Below, piece after piece: positions 24,957 through 33,914 of a stretch of DNA of 38,608 nt. This DNA comes from Gaiellaceae bacterium (GTDB lineage: Bacteria > Actinomycetota > Thermoleophilia > Gaiellales > Gaiellaceae): contig DASYOZ010000072.1 in assembly GCA_036007185.1 (NCBI GenBank), positions 1 to 38,608 of the forward strand, written 5' to 3'. Both the position numbers and the translations under genes were made by a program. The notes below the pieces were generated by a model. That model had not been told where the DNA came from, made no database searches, and worked only from the letters and a program-made list of their open reading frames with translations. How positions within the stretch are numbered: the stretch's first letter is position 1; each line of letters opens with the position of its first letter.

Positions 24957-26045
24957 ATGAGGGTCGGGATCCCGCGCGAGACGACCGAGGGCGAGCGGCG
25001 GGTCGCGCTCGTTCCCGAGACCGTCGGGAAGCTTGCTGCGGGAGGCTTCGAGCTCGTGGTCGAGGAGGGCGCAGGCGCTGCCGCCTCGTTCCCGGACGCT
25101 GCGTACACCGAGGCCGGCGCGACGCTCGGGGACCCCTGGGAAGCCGACGGCCTCCTCAAGGTGCGCAAGCCTTCCGCCGACGAGCTCGGGCGGCTCCGCT
25201 CCGGCCAGTTGCTGATCGGCTTCCTCGAGCCGCTCTCGGACCCGGCCGGGGTCGAGGCGCTCGCGGCGGGCGGCGTGACGGCGTTCGCACTTGAGTCCGT
25301 GCCTCGGATCACACGCGCGCAGTCGATGGACGCGCTCTCGTCGCAGGCGACCGTCGGCGGCTACAAGGCGGCACTCCTCGCCGCGGAGCACCTTCCGCGC
25401 TTCTTCCCCATGCTGATGACGGCCGCCGGCACGGTTCCTCCAGCGAAGGTGCTCGTGATCGGCGCGGGCGTGGCCGGGCTCCAGGCTCTCGCCACGGCGC
25501 GCAGGCTCGGCGCGGTGACGACCGGCTTCGACGTCCGCCCCGTCGTGCGCGAGCAGATCGAGAGCCTCGGGGCGAACTGGCTCGACCTCGGCGTGACGGG
25601 CGGCGAAGCGGAAGGCGGATACGCACGCGAACTGACGACGGAGGAGATGGCAGCGCAGCAGCAGGCGCTCGAGGGACGGATCGCGGACTTCGACGTCGTG
25701 ATCACGACGGCCGCCGTCCCCGGCCGGCCGGCCCCCAAGATCATCCCGGCTTCGGCCGTCGAGGCGATGCGGCCCGGCTCGGTGATCGTCGACCTGGCCG
25801 CCGAGACCGGCGGCAACTGCGAGCTGACCGAACCGGGAGAGATCGTCCAGCGCGCCGGGGTCACGCTCGTCGGGCTGACGAACATCGCGAGCACGATGCC
25901 CTACCACGCCTCGACGCTGTACTCGCGCAACGTCCAGGCGCTTCTCCTCCACCTCGCGCCGGAGGGCGAGCTCACGCTCGACTGGAGCGACGAGATCACG
26001 AACGGCGCCTGCGTCGCCGGGAAGAAGGAAGGAGCCGCAGCGTGA
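24957..26045 (+). CDS. pntAA: NAD(P) transhydrogenase subunit alpha, part 1 (dI)
   Basis: MRVGIPRETTEGERRVALVPE and the Rossmann motif VLVIGAGVAGLQA. Alanine dehydrogenase/PNT family. Confidence 0.9.
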   Translation: MRVGIPRETTEGERRVALVPETVGKLAAGGFELVVEEGAGAAASFPDAAYTEAGATLGDPWEADGLLKVRKPSADELGRLRSGQLLIGFLEPLSDPAGVEALAAGGVTAFALESVPRITRAQSMDALSSQATVGGYKAALLAAEHLPRFFPMLMTAAGTVPPAKVLVIGAGVAGLQALATARRLGAVTTGFDVRPVVREQIESLGANWLDLGVTGGEAEGGYARELTTEEMAAQQQALEGRIADFDVVITTAAVPGRPAPKIIPASAVEAMRPGSVIVDLAAETGGNCELTEPGEIVQRAGVTLVGLTNIASTMPYHASTLYSRNVQALLLHLAPEGELTLDWSDEITNGACVAGKKEGAAA

Positions 26046-26353
26046 GCCATAACACCTTGCTCGTCTTCGAGGTGACCATTCTCGTTCTCGCGATCTTCCT
26101 CGGCTTCGAGGTGATCTCGAAGGTGCCGACGCTGCTGCACACGCCGCTGATGTCGGGCACCAACGCGATCCACGGCATCGTGATCGTCGGCGCGATGATC
26201 GTGCTCGGCGTCGACCACAAGGACACGTTCACGTGGGTGATCGGCTTCCTCGCGGTCGTGCTCGCCTCCGCGAACGTCGTCGGTGGCTTCGTGGTCACCG
26301 ACCGGATGCTCGAGATGTTCAAGAAGCGCGAGCCTCCGCAGCGGGACGAGTAG
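26042..26353 (+). CDS. pntAB: NAD(P) transhydrogenase subunit alpha, part 2 (membrane)
   Basis: Three TM segments and the HTPLMSGTNAIHGIV motif. The GTG start forms a GTGA overlap with the pntAA stop. Confidence 0.9.
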   Translation: MSHNTLLVFEVTILVLAIFLGFEVISKVPTLLHTPLMSGTNAIHGIVIVGAMIVLGVDHKDTFTWVIGFLAVVLASANVVGGFVVTDRMLEMFKKREPPQRDE

Positions 26354-27756
26354 TGAGCTCGAACGCCGCCAACCTGCTCTACCTGATCACGATCGTCACG
26401 TTCATCCTGGCGCTGCGCTACCTCTCCAACCCGGCGAGCGCTCGGCGCGGCAACCAGATCGGCGCGGCGGGGATGGTGCTCGCGGTCGTCGTCACCTGGA
26501 TCCGCATCGGCACGACGAGCTGGTGGGCGATCGCGCTCGGGATGCTGCTCGGCGGCGGCTTCGGCGCCGTCGCAGCGCGCAAGGTGCACATGACGGCGAT
26601 GCCGCAGATGGTCGCGCTGTTCAACGGCGTCGGCGGCGGCGCGGCCGCGCTGATCGCCCTCGCCGAGCTGCATCGCATCTTGCCCCCGCCGGGCGCGCCG
26701 AAGATCGACATCTCGCTCGCGATCGTCCTCTCGGCGCTGATCGGCGCGATCTCCTTCGCCGGTTCGATGATCGCGTTCGCCAAGCTCCAGGAGCTGATCC
26801 AGGGACGGCCGATCACCTACCCGGCCCAGCAGTTCGTCAACGGCGCATTGTTCCTGGCGGCGCTCGGGTGCGGCCTCGCACTCGTGTCGGGCGTGCAGCA
26901 GCAGTGGCTCCTCTGGGTGCTCGTCGGCCTCGCGCTCCTGTTCGGCGTCCTGTTCGTGCTGCCGATCGGCGGCGCGGACATGCCGGTCGTGATCTCGCTC
27001 CTGAACGCATTCACCGGCCTCGCCGTCGCCGCGAGCGGCTTCGAGCTCGAGAACAACGTCCTGATCGTGAGCGGAATGCTCGTCGGGGCGTCGGGGACGC
27101 TGCTGACGCTGATGATGGGTCGGGCCATGAACCGGTCGATCGCGAACGTCCTCTTCAGCGCGTTCGGCCAGATCCAGGACGGCGGGGCCGCCGCGGCGGC
27201 GGCTGCTGCGGGCACGGACGGCGGCACCGTCCGAAGCGCGAGCGCCGAGGACGTCGCCGTGATGCTCGCGTACGCGCACAAGGTCGTCTTCGTGCCCGGC
27301 TACGGGTTGGCCGTCGCGCAGGCGCAGCACGACGTCCGGCAGCTCGCCGACCTGCTCGAGGCGAAAGGTGTCCAGGTCTCGTATGCCATCCACCCGGTCG
27401 CCGGGCGGATGCCGGGACACATGAACGTCCTCCTCGCCGAGGCGAACGTCCCCTATCCACAGTTGAAGGAGATGGACGAGGCGAACCCCGAGTTCTCGCG
27501 CACGGACGTCGTCGTCGTCGTCGGCGCGAACGACGTCGTCAACCCCGACGCACGGAACAACCCGGGCTCGCCGATCTACGGGATGCCGATCCTCAACGTC
27601 GACGACGCGCAGGCCGTCGTCGTCCTCAAGCGGTCGATGAACCCGGGCTTCGCCGGGATCGAGAACCCGCTGTTCTACAACCCGAAGACCGTGATGCTGT
27701 TCGGCGACGCGAAGGACTCGATCAGCAAGCTCGTCGCCGACGTGAAGAACCTCTGA
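26353..27756 (+). CDS. pntB: NAD(P) transhydrogenase subunit beta
   Basis: Multi-TM N-terminus and a dIII domain (VPGYGLAVAQAQH, AIHPVAGRMPGHMNVLLAEA, VVGANDVVNP). GTG 26353 overlaps the pntAB TAG by 1 nt. Confidence 0.9.
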   Translation: MSSNAANLLYLITIVTFILALRYLSNPASARRGNQIGAAGMVLAVVVTWIRIGTTSWWAIALGMLLGGGFGAVAARKVHMTAMPQMVALFNGVGGGAAALIALAELHRILPPPGAPKIDISLAIVLSALIGAISFAGSMIAFAKLQELIQGRPITYPAQQFVNGALFLAALGCGLALVSGVQQQWLLWVLVGLALLFGVLFVLPIGGADMPVVISLLNAFTGLAVAASGFELENNVLIVSGMLVGASGTLLTLMMGRAMNRSIANVLFSAFGQIQDGGAAAAAAAAGTDGGTVRSASAEDVAVMLAYAHKVVFVPGYGLAVAQAQHDVRQLADLLEAKGVQVSYAIHPVAGRMPGHMNVLLAEANVPYPQLKEMDEANPEFSRTDVVVVVGANDVVNPDARNNPGSPIYGMPILNVDDAQAVVVLKRSMNPGFAGIENPLFYNPKTVMLFGDAKDSISKLVADVKNL

Positions 27757-28109
27757 TGGCGATCACCGGCGCCCACGTCCTCCTCTTCAGTCCCGAGGCG
27801 GAGGCCCTGCGCGCCACGTTGCGCGACGTGATCGGTTGGGACTTCGTCGAGGCGCATCCCGGCTGGCTGATCTTCGCGCTCCCGCCGGCCGAGCTCGGAG
27901 TCCACCCGTCCGACGGCGACACGAGGCACGAGCTCTGGCTGATCTGCGACGACCTCGACGCCACCGCCGACGAGCTCCGCGCACGCGGGGTCGAGGTCGT
28001 CGGTGAGCCGAGCGACGAGGGCTTCGGGCGCTGGGTCCGGCTGCGGCTTCCGGGCCGTGTCGAAGTGCCGCTCTACGAGCCGAAGCATCCGCTCGCGATC
28101 GACGTCTAG
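27756..28109 (+). CDS. VOC (glyoxalase/bleomycin-resistance fold) family protein
   Basis: A 117-aa protein (MAITGAHVLLFSPEAEALRATLRDV...) with a VOC-like beta-alpha-beta pattern. The ATG overlaps the pntB TGA (TGATG). Confidence 0.55.
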   Translation: MAITGAHVLLFSPEAEALRATLRDVIGWDFVEAHPGWLIFALPPAELGVHPSDGDTRHELWLICDDLDATADELRARGVEVVGEPSDEGFGRWVRLRLPGRVEVPLYEPKHPLAIDV

Positions 28110-29233
28110 TCGGAGTAGCGCGCCGGGTCGAGCAGTTCGAGCTGCGGCGACTCGCGCCCGAGCAGCGCGTCCGCGACCAGCTCGCCGCACGCGAAGCCGA
28201 GGACGTTGCCGTGGCCGGAGTAGCCGCCCGCGACCCAGACGCGACCGTCCCGGCCGGGGACAGGCCCCACGAGCGGCAGCATGTCCTGCGTCAGGCCGAA
28301 GATCCCGGCCCAGCGATGCGTCACCTGTAGGTCCTCGCCGGCGAGCTCGTGGAGGAACGACTCGAGTGACGCCTGGATCGTCGGCGTCGTCTCCTCCACG
28401 TCCGTGAGCTCGTCGAGGATCGAGACGTCGCGGAAGCCGCCGAGCAGGATTCGCCCGTCGGAGAGCTGCTGCCAGTAGTCGAAGCCCTGGCGCGCGTAGT
28501 GGGGGCGGTCGTAGAGGACGCGCTCGAGCGGCTCGCTCGCGATCACCTGGCCGCGCGTCGGCCAGATCGCGTCAGAGAGCTCCGGGACGAGCCCGTGCCC
28601 GTAGCCGTCGGTCGCGACGAGCACGCGATCCGCGTCGAGCGCCTCCACGTCTTCGACCAGGTCGTGCTCACGGATCTCGGCTCCCGCGCCGGTCGCGAGA
28701 GCCGCCAGGCGGCGGACGAAGCGCGCCGGCTGGATCGAGCCGTCCCGCGGATGCGAAATCGCGCCGTGGAAGCGGCCGGCGGCTCCCCCGGGAACGTCGT
28801 CGAGCCATTCGGCCTCGAAGCCGTCTTCACGCAGGGCCTCGTACTCGAGCCGGATGCCCTCACGCTCCTCCTCGTCGCCGGCGAGGCGATAGCTGCCCGT
28901 AGGGCGCAGGGCGTCGCCGGCGAGCTCCGCCATCCGCTCGATCGCCTCTTCGGTCCAGCGCCAGTACGAAGCCGCCCGCTCCGCGCCGTACGTCTCCCGC
29001 GCGACGTCGTAGCGCGCGGCGCCGCCGCCGAGCGCGAAGCCGCCGTTGCGGCCGCTCGCGCCCTCCGCGATCCCGCGCGCGTCGTGCACGCGCACGCGCA
29101 GGCCCGCGTCGGCCAGGCGATATGCGGCTGAGCAGCCCGTGACGCCGGCGCCGACGATGGCGACGTCCACCCGGCCTTCCTGCCGCATGTCGGTCCGTAG
29201 CGGGACCGGATCCTCGAGCCAGTACGGATTCAC
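28106..29233 (-). CDS. FAD-dependent oxidoreductase (DAO family)
   Basis: N-terminal dinucleotide motif VAIVGAGVTGCSAAYRLA and C-terminal GGYSGHG. The GTG start forms a GTGA overlap with the dprA stop. Confidence 0.8.
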   Translation of the reverse strand: MNPYWLEDPVPLRTDMRQEGRVDVAIVGAGVTGCSAAYRLADAGLRVRVHDARGIAEGASGRNGGFALGGGAARYDVARETYGAERAASYWRWTEEAIERMAELAGDALRPTGSYRLAGDEEEREGIRLEYEALREDGFEAEWLDDVPGGAAGRFHGAISHPRDGSIQPARFVRRLAALATGAGAEIREHDLVEDVEALDADRVLVATDGYGHGLVPELSDAIWPTRGQVIASEPLERVLYDRPHYARQGFDYWQQLSDGRILLGGFRDVSILDELTDVEETTPTIQASLESFLHELAGEDLQVTHRWAGIFGLTQDMLPLVGPVPGRDGRVWVAGGYSGHGNVLGFACGELVADALLGRESPQLELLDPARYSD

Positions 29234-30189
29234 GAAGCGCGACGGTACACGCCATCGTGCATTGCGACTCGGCCTTCCAGCTCGAGCTCGACGAGCGCGC
29301 GGGCAACTTCATCGGCGCCGAGACCGGTCCTGCGAACGAGCTCGTCGGCGCTTGCGGGTAGGAGCTCGAGGAGCGGCGACCCCTCGCCCTGCACCGGCTC
29401 GGGCTCGATCCCGAACGAGGCGAGGACGTCGGCCGCGCTCGTCAGCGGCGCGGCGCCGAGCTTCAGCAGCGCATTTGTGCCCGCCGAGAACGAGCTCGTG
29501 ATCTCGCCCGGCACCGCGAACACCTCCCTCCCCTCCTCGAGGGCGAGGTCCGCCGTGATCAGCGCGCCGCTGCGCTCGCGCGCCTCGACGACGACGGTCG
29601 CGGCGCACAGGCCGGCGACGAGGCGATTGCGCGCCGGGAACCGCCACGGCGCGGGCTCGACCCCGGGCGCGTACTCCGAGACGATGACGCCGGCGTCTGC
29701 GACGCGGCGAGCGAGCTCGGCGTGTGCGGCGGGGTAGTCGCGGTCGATGCCGCAGCCGAGGACCGCGACCGTCGGCCCGTTTGCCTCGAGAGCGCCGCGA
29801 TGCGCCTCCGCGTCGATCCCGCGGGCGAGGCCGCTCACGACGACGAGGCCCGCAGCCGCGAGCTCCCGGCCCAGGCTCCGTCCAACCGAGGCGCCGTAGC
29901 CGGAGCACGCGCGTGCTCCCACCACGGCGACGGCGGGCCGCGAGAGGACCTCCGGCTCGGCCCCGCCGCGCAGAAACAGCCCCGCCGGCGGATCGTGGAT
30001 CGCGCGCAAGAGCGGCGGGAAGCTCGCAGACGAGCACGGCAGGAAGCCGTGCCCGGCAGCAGCGAGCCGCTCGAGGTAGGCGCGCTCGTCGAAGCGCCGC
30101 TCGAAGGCGCGCCAGCGGGCGCTGCGCGGCGGCCGGACGAGATGCGTCCCCGTCTCGGAGGCGAAGACCGCAAGCGCGAGCTCAGACAC
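29230..30189 (-). CDS. dprA: DNA-processing protein DprA
   Basis: VVGARACSGYG, VVSGLARGIDAEAHRGAL and FPARNRLVAGL motifs. GTG 30189 overlaps the comM stop by 8 nt. The ORF-track extension to 30516 is rejected. Confidence 0.85.
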   Translation of the reverse strand: MSELALAVFASETGTHLVRPPRSARWRAFERRFDERAYLERLAAAGHGFLPCSSASFPPLLRAIHDPPAGLFLRGGAEPEVLSRPAVAVVGARACSGYGASVGRSLGRELAAAGLVVVSGLARGIDAEAHRGALEANGPTVAVLGCGIDRDYPAAHAELARRVADAGVIVSEYAPGVEPAPWRFPARNRLVAGLCAATVVVEARERSGALITADLALEEGREVFAVPGEITSSFSAGTNALLKLGAAPLTSAADVLASFGIEPEPVQGEGSPLLELLPASADELVRRTGLGADEVARALVELELEGRVAMHDGVYRRAS

Positions 30190-31645
30190 TCTCGAGCTCC
30201 TGTGGCGAGCGATACGAGAGTGCTTCCGCCAAGTGCTCGGACCGCACGGCGTCCGACTCCGCGAGCGCCGCGATCGTCCGCGCGACCCTGCCGACGCGCG
30301 CGTAGCCCCGGCCGGAGAGGTGGAGACGGTCCGCCGCCCGGCGCAGGAGCGCGTCGGCTTCCGCGTCGCGTGACGGCGGGCTCGAACCGAGCCGTTCGCG
30401 TGCGGCTGCCACCCGTCCGCCGACCGCGACCGAGCTCTCGCTTGGCGCTGAGGCGAGCTCCTCGCCACGGACGCGCGGCATCGCGAGGACGAGATCGAAG
30501 CGGTCGAGCAGCGCACGCGAGAGCTTGTCGCGATAGCGAGCGAGCCGCTGCGCTGAGCAGCTGCACTGTGCGGCAGGGTCGCCGCGGCCGCCGCAGGCGC
30601 ACAGATTCATCGTCGCCACGAGCTGAAACCTGGCTGGAAAGACGACCCGGCCGGCGGCCCGCGAGACCGAGACGAAACCGTCCTCCAGCGGCTGGCGCAG
30701 TGCCTCGAGCGCCGGCCGCTGGAACTCGGCGAGCTCGTCGAGCAGGAGCACGCCGCGATGGGCGAGACTCGCCTCGCCCGGCCGCAGGTGTGGCCCGCCG
30801 CCGACGATCGCGGCGGTCGACGCGCTGTGGTGCGGCGCGCGGAACGGCGCCAGCGAGACGAGCGGCTGCTCGTCGTCCACGAGCCCGGCGACCGAGTGGA
30901 TCCGTGTCACCTCGAGCGCGGCCTGGGAGTCGAGCGGCGGCAGGATCCCCGGCAAGCGGCGCGCGAGCATCGTCTTCCCCGTCCCGGGCGGCCCGCCGAG
31001 GAGGACGTTGTGTCCGCCCGCGGCGGCCAGCTCGAGCGCGCGCCGGGCGCGTTCCTGCCCGCGGACGTCAGCGAGGTCGGGTGTCGCCGCCGCCCCGTGG
31101 CCATTCGGCGCGAGCGGCGACTCGGGCTCCAGCTCGAGCTCACCGCGAAGGAAGGCGACCGCCTCGGCGAGGTGCCGGATCGGCATCGCCGCGACACCGG
31201 CGAGAGCTGCCTCGCGCGCGGAGTCGGCCGGACAGAGGAGACGCTCGACGCCGAGCCGCCGCGCGCCTTCGGCTACCGCGAGAACGCCGCCGACCCGGCG
31301 CAGGTGGCCGTCGAGCGCGAGCTCCCCGACGGCGGCGGTGCGCTCGAGCGCGCTTCTCGGCACCTGCCCGGACGCTGCAAGGAGGGCGAGCGCGATCGGC
31401 AGGTCGAAGCCGGAGCCCTCCTTGCGCAGCTCTGCCGGCGCAAGGTTGACCGTGATGCGCCCGAGCGGGAAGTTCAGCTCGGCGGCAGAGATCCCGCTGC
31501 GGACGCGTTCCCGTGCCTCTTGGCAGGCGCGGTCGGCGAGGCCGACGATCGCGAAGCCGGGGATGCCGTCACGAACGTGCGCCTCCACGTCGACGCGGCG
31601 CGGCTCGAGGCCGACGAGCGCATGCGTGACCGCGCGTGCAAGCAC
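30182..31645 (-). CDS. comM: YifB/ComM family Mg-chelatase-like AAA+ ATPase
   Basis: N-terminal Lon-protease-like domain, Walker A GPPGTGKTMLA, Walker B VLLLDELAEF. GTG start. Confidence 0.9.
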   Translation of the reverse strand: MLARAVTHALVGLEPRRVDVEAHVRDGIPGFAIVGLADRACQEARERVRSGISAAELNFPLGRITVNLAPAELRKEGSGFDLPIALALLAASGQVPRSALERTAAVGELALDGHLRRVGGVLAVAEGARRLGVERLLCPADSAREAALAGVAAMPIRHLAEAVAFLRGELELEPESPLAPNGHGAAATPDLADVRGQERARRALELAAAGGHNVLLGGPPGTGKTMLARRLPGILPPLDSQAALEVTRIHSVAGLVDDEQPLVSLAPFRAPHHSASTAAIVGGGPHLRPGEASLAHRGVLLLDELAEFQRPALEALRQPLEDGFVSVSRAAGRVVFPARFQLVATMNLCACGGRGDPAAQCSCSAQRLARYRDKLSRALLDRFDLVLAMPRVRGEELASAPSESSVAVGGRVAAARERLGSSPPSRDAEADALLRRAADRLHLSGRGYARVGRVARTIAALAESDAVRSEHLAEALSYRSPQELESV

Positions 31646-31883
31646 GCAGCGAGGCTAGGAGCGAACTCGTGACGCAGACCTGGCGTGTTCGTCGAAGAAC
31701 GCCAACTTCGAGCCGGCGTGTCCGGTCCTAGACGGGCTGCTTCTCCGCTGCGGCGAGCGCGTCCGGAGGTACGAGCGCCACAACTCCTATCCCTGCAGCG
31801 CCTGAGCCCCAGCCAGGAGGGATCGCCCCGTCGGGACGATGTCTCGGCGCGTACGATGGTGCCCCAGCCAAAGGAGGAGATGA

Positions 31884-32333
31884 ATGACCGACAAGGAGAC
31901 CGAGCTCGGCCCCGTCGACTACCTGATCGTCGAATGGCCGCCGGGCAAGCAGCCCACCGGCGAGGGGCTCGGGGTGCTCGCCGACCTGACGGACCGCGGC
32001 CTCATCCGCGTGCTCGACCTGGCGTTCGTGCGGAAAGAGCAGGACGGCAGCGTGTCCGGGCTCGCGATCATGGACATCGACTCCGACGGCGACCTCGACC
32101 TCGTGCAGTTCGAGGGCGCGTCGTCCGGCCTGCTCGGCCAGGAGGATTACGACGAAGCGGGCGCCGCGCTCGAGCCGGGCGCCTCCGCCGCGATCCTGCT
32201 CTACGAGAACCGGTGGGCGCGGCCGTTCGTCGCGGCCGTCGCGCGGAGCGGCGCGCAGCTCGTCGCGAGCGGCCGTATCTCCGCGGGCGACCTCGTGGGG
32301 GCCGCCGAGGCCCTCGAGACCGCGAACGCCTAG
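31884..32333 (+). CDS. DUF6325-like protein
   Basis: LGPVDYLIVEWPPGK...LIRVLDLAFVRKEQDGS...ILLYENRWARPF matches my recollection of the DUF6325 pattern. There is a strong AAGGAGGAG Shine-Dalgarno. Confidence 0.6.
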   Translation: MTDKETELGPVDYLIVEWPPGKQPTGEGLGVLADLTDRGLIRVLDLAFVRKEQDGSVSGLAIMDIDSDGDLDLVQFEGASSGLLGQEDYDEAGAALEPGASAAILLYENRWARPFVAAVARSGAQLVASGRISAGDLVGAAEALETANA

Positions 32334-32347
32334 GAAGGAGGCAAAAG

Positions 32348-32608
32348 ATGCCATTGCTCCGAGGAATCGCCCGCACCGCCGTGATCGCCGGGACCGCGAC
32401 GGCAGTCTCGAACCGCGTCTCCCGCCGGCAGGCGAATCGCTGGGCCCAGGAGGAACAAGCTCCAAGCGGCGGCTACGAGCAGCCCGCCGCCGCGCCGGCA
32501 CCCGACCCGCTCGAGCAGCTCAAGCGGCTCGGCGAGCTGAAGGCGTCAGGCGTCCTCACGGACGCCGAGTTCGACGCGCAGAAGGCCAAGATCCTCGCCG
32601 GCGTCTAG
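32348..32608 (+). CDS. SHOCT domain-containing protein
   Basis: The C-terminal LKRLGELKASGVLTDAEFDAQKAKIL is a classic SHOCT motif. An AGGAAGGAGG Shine-Dalgarno lies upstream of ATG 32348. Confidence 0.7.
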   Translation: MPLLRGIARTAVIAGTATAVSNRVSRRQANRWAQEEQAPSGGYEQPAAAPAPDPLEQLKRLGELKASGVLTDAEFDAQKAKILAGV

Positions 32609-32625
32609 ACCGAGACGGCGGTAGC

Positions 32626-32668
32626 CGCCGCGCCGGCCGCGGGCCAAGCGACCGCGGCCGGCGTGGCG
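32626..32668 (+). terminator. Very stable GC hairpin downstream of the SHOCT gene (terminator candidate, no U-tract)
   Basis: A perfect 12-bp stem CGCCGGCCGCGG/CCGCGGCCGGCG (32631-32642 / 32652-32663) with a 9-nt loop. It extends to about 17 bp if one G-U pair is allowed. Confidence 0.45.
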
Positions 32669-32713
32669 TCGGCGAGCATGCCCGGTTACATCTGAGGCCG
32701 AAGCGGGAATCGG

Positions 32714-32959
32714 GTGTGCATGGCCACGCGCACGCCGCTGCGCGAGTACCGGCGCTCCCGTGCGGAGCCTCCGCACGGCCTGCTCGAGCGGGCCGAAGAG
32801 TGGGCCGAGGAGACCGGGCTTGCGCCGGAGGGTGAGCCTGCCGAGGGGGTGCCGTGGCACGTCGTGGTGCTGATCGTCGTCGGGCTCGTGCTCCTCATCG
32901 CCGTCGAGATCACGCTCTCATTCGGGATCGCGAAGCTCGTCACTGGGCACGCGTACTAG
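32714..32959 (+). CDS. hypothetical small membrane protein (one C-terminal TM)
   Basis: High GC3 and a hydrophobic segment WHVVVLIVVGLVLLIAVEITLSFGIAKLV. The start is either GTG 32714 or ATG 32720. Confidence 0.4.
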   Translation: MCMATRTPLREYRRSRAEPPHGLLERAEEWAEETGLAPEGEPAEGVPWHVVVLIVVGLVLLIAVEITLSFGIAKLVTGHAY

Positions 32960-33069
32960 AGATGTTGGAGTCCGCGAGCAAGCGAATCGGGCTCATGAGA
33001 CACGTGCGCTCGGCTGAGCCAGTGTTCCGCGACCCGATTTTGCGGCTGCGGCAGTTAGGGTGAACGGCC

Positions 33070-33558
33070 GTGCAGGAGCGCTCGGGACAGCTTGTCCTTC
33101 GCGAGATCGAAGATCGTGATCTCGGCGTGCTGTTCGAGCACTGGACGGACCCCGAGGCGATCCGGATGGCCGCGTTCACGTCGCCGGATCCCGATGATCG
33201 AGCGAGCTTCGACCGACGGTGGGCGCGGCTGAGGAGCGACGTCTCTACGACGAACAGGGTCATCGAGATCGATTGTCGAGTCGTAGGCCACATTGCGAGC
33301 TTCGACCTTGAGGGTCGCCGCGAGATCACCTATTGGATCGGCCGTGAAGATTGGGGCCGGGGCATCGCCACGCGTGCCCTACAAGAGTTCCTGCAGTTGG
33401 AGGCAACCCGTCCGCTTTACGCCGGGGCCGCGAGCGACAACGCCGCGTCGATTCGGGTGTTGACGAAGTGCGGCTTTCGTATCGTGGGCGAGGGGCGCGG
33501 TTTCGCTCATGGGCGCAACGAGGAGACGGACGAGGTCGTGCTCCGACTCGATGCGTGA
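33070..33558 (+). CDS. GNAT family N-acetyltransferase (RimJ/RimL-like)
   Basis: YWIGREDWGRGIATRALQEF (acetyl-CoA motif A) and SIRVLTKCGF. GTG start. Confidence 0.8.
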   Translation: MQERSGQLVLREIEDRDLGVLFEHWTDPEAIRMAAFTSPDPDDRASFDRRWARLRSDVSTTNRVIEIDCRVVGHIASFDLEGRREITYWIGREDWGRGIATRALQEFLQLEATRPLYAGAASDNAASIRVLTKCGFRIVGEGRGFAHGRNEETDEVVLRLDA

Positions 33559-33587
33559 TCACGACTGACCTCGGGACAGCTCTCGAG

Positions 33588-33809
33588 TCAGGCGACGCGC
33601 TCTACGACGAGGAGGTTTCCCGGCGAGTCAGTGCGGTTCGCCAGCGTCCAGTCGACAACCCGCCATGGCCCCGAACCGTCAGGCAAATGCAGGACCTCGC
33701 CGATCCTCGGTTCGTGCACCGGATGCGTCGAGCGATATCCGCTCACGAGCTCCGGCGCGTCGAGCTGGCCGATCTTGCCTTCGCGAATGCTCCACACGAC
33801 TCGGGACAC
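33588..33809 (-). CDS. hypothetical 73-aa protein (strand assignment uncertain)
   Basis: Its composition looks globular (VVWSIREGKIGQLD...HLPDGSGPWRVVDW...LLVVERV). A plus-strand ORF at 33555-33908 occupies the same triplets and cannot be excluded. Confidence 0.35.
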   Translation of the reverse strand: MSRVVWSIREGKIGQLDAPELVSGYRSTHPVHEPRIGEVLHLPDGSGPWRVVDWTLANRTDSPGNLLVVERVA

Positions 33810-33914
33810 GCCTACATGGTGGCACGCGGCGACTCCCCCGAGATGAGGGATCTTTCCTCCCCCGAACTCGCAGAGATCTGCACGCTGCCATCTACCGTGG
33901 GCCTCTAGGTTGGG

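Noticed and set aside
31646-31883. The 238-nt gap upstream of the DUF6325 gene as a possible riboswitch or leader.
   Set aside because: I could not recognise any known riboswitch core (no ydaO, SAM, TPP, glycine or similar signatures) or a convincing terminator/antiterminator pair by eye. It would need a cmscan run to decide.
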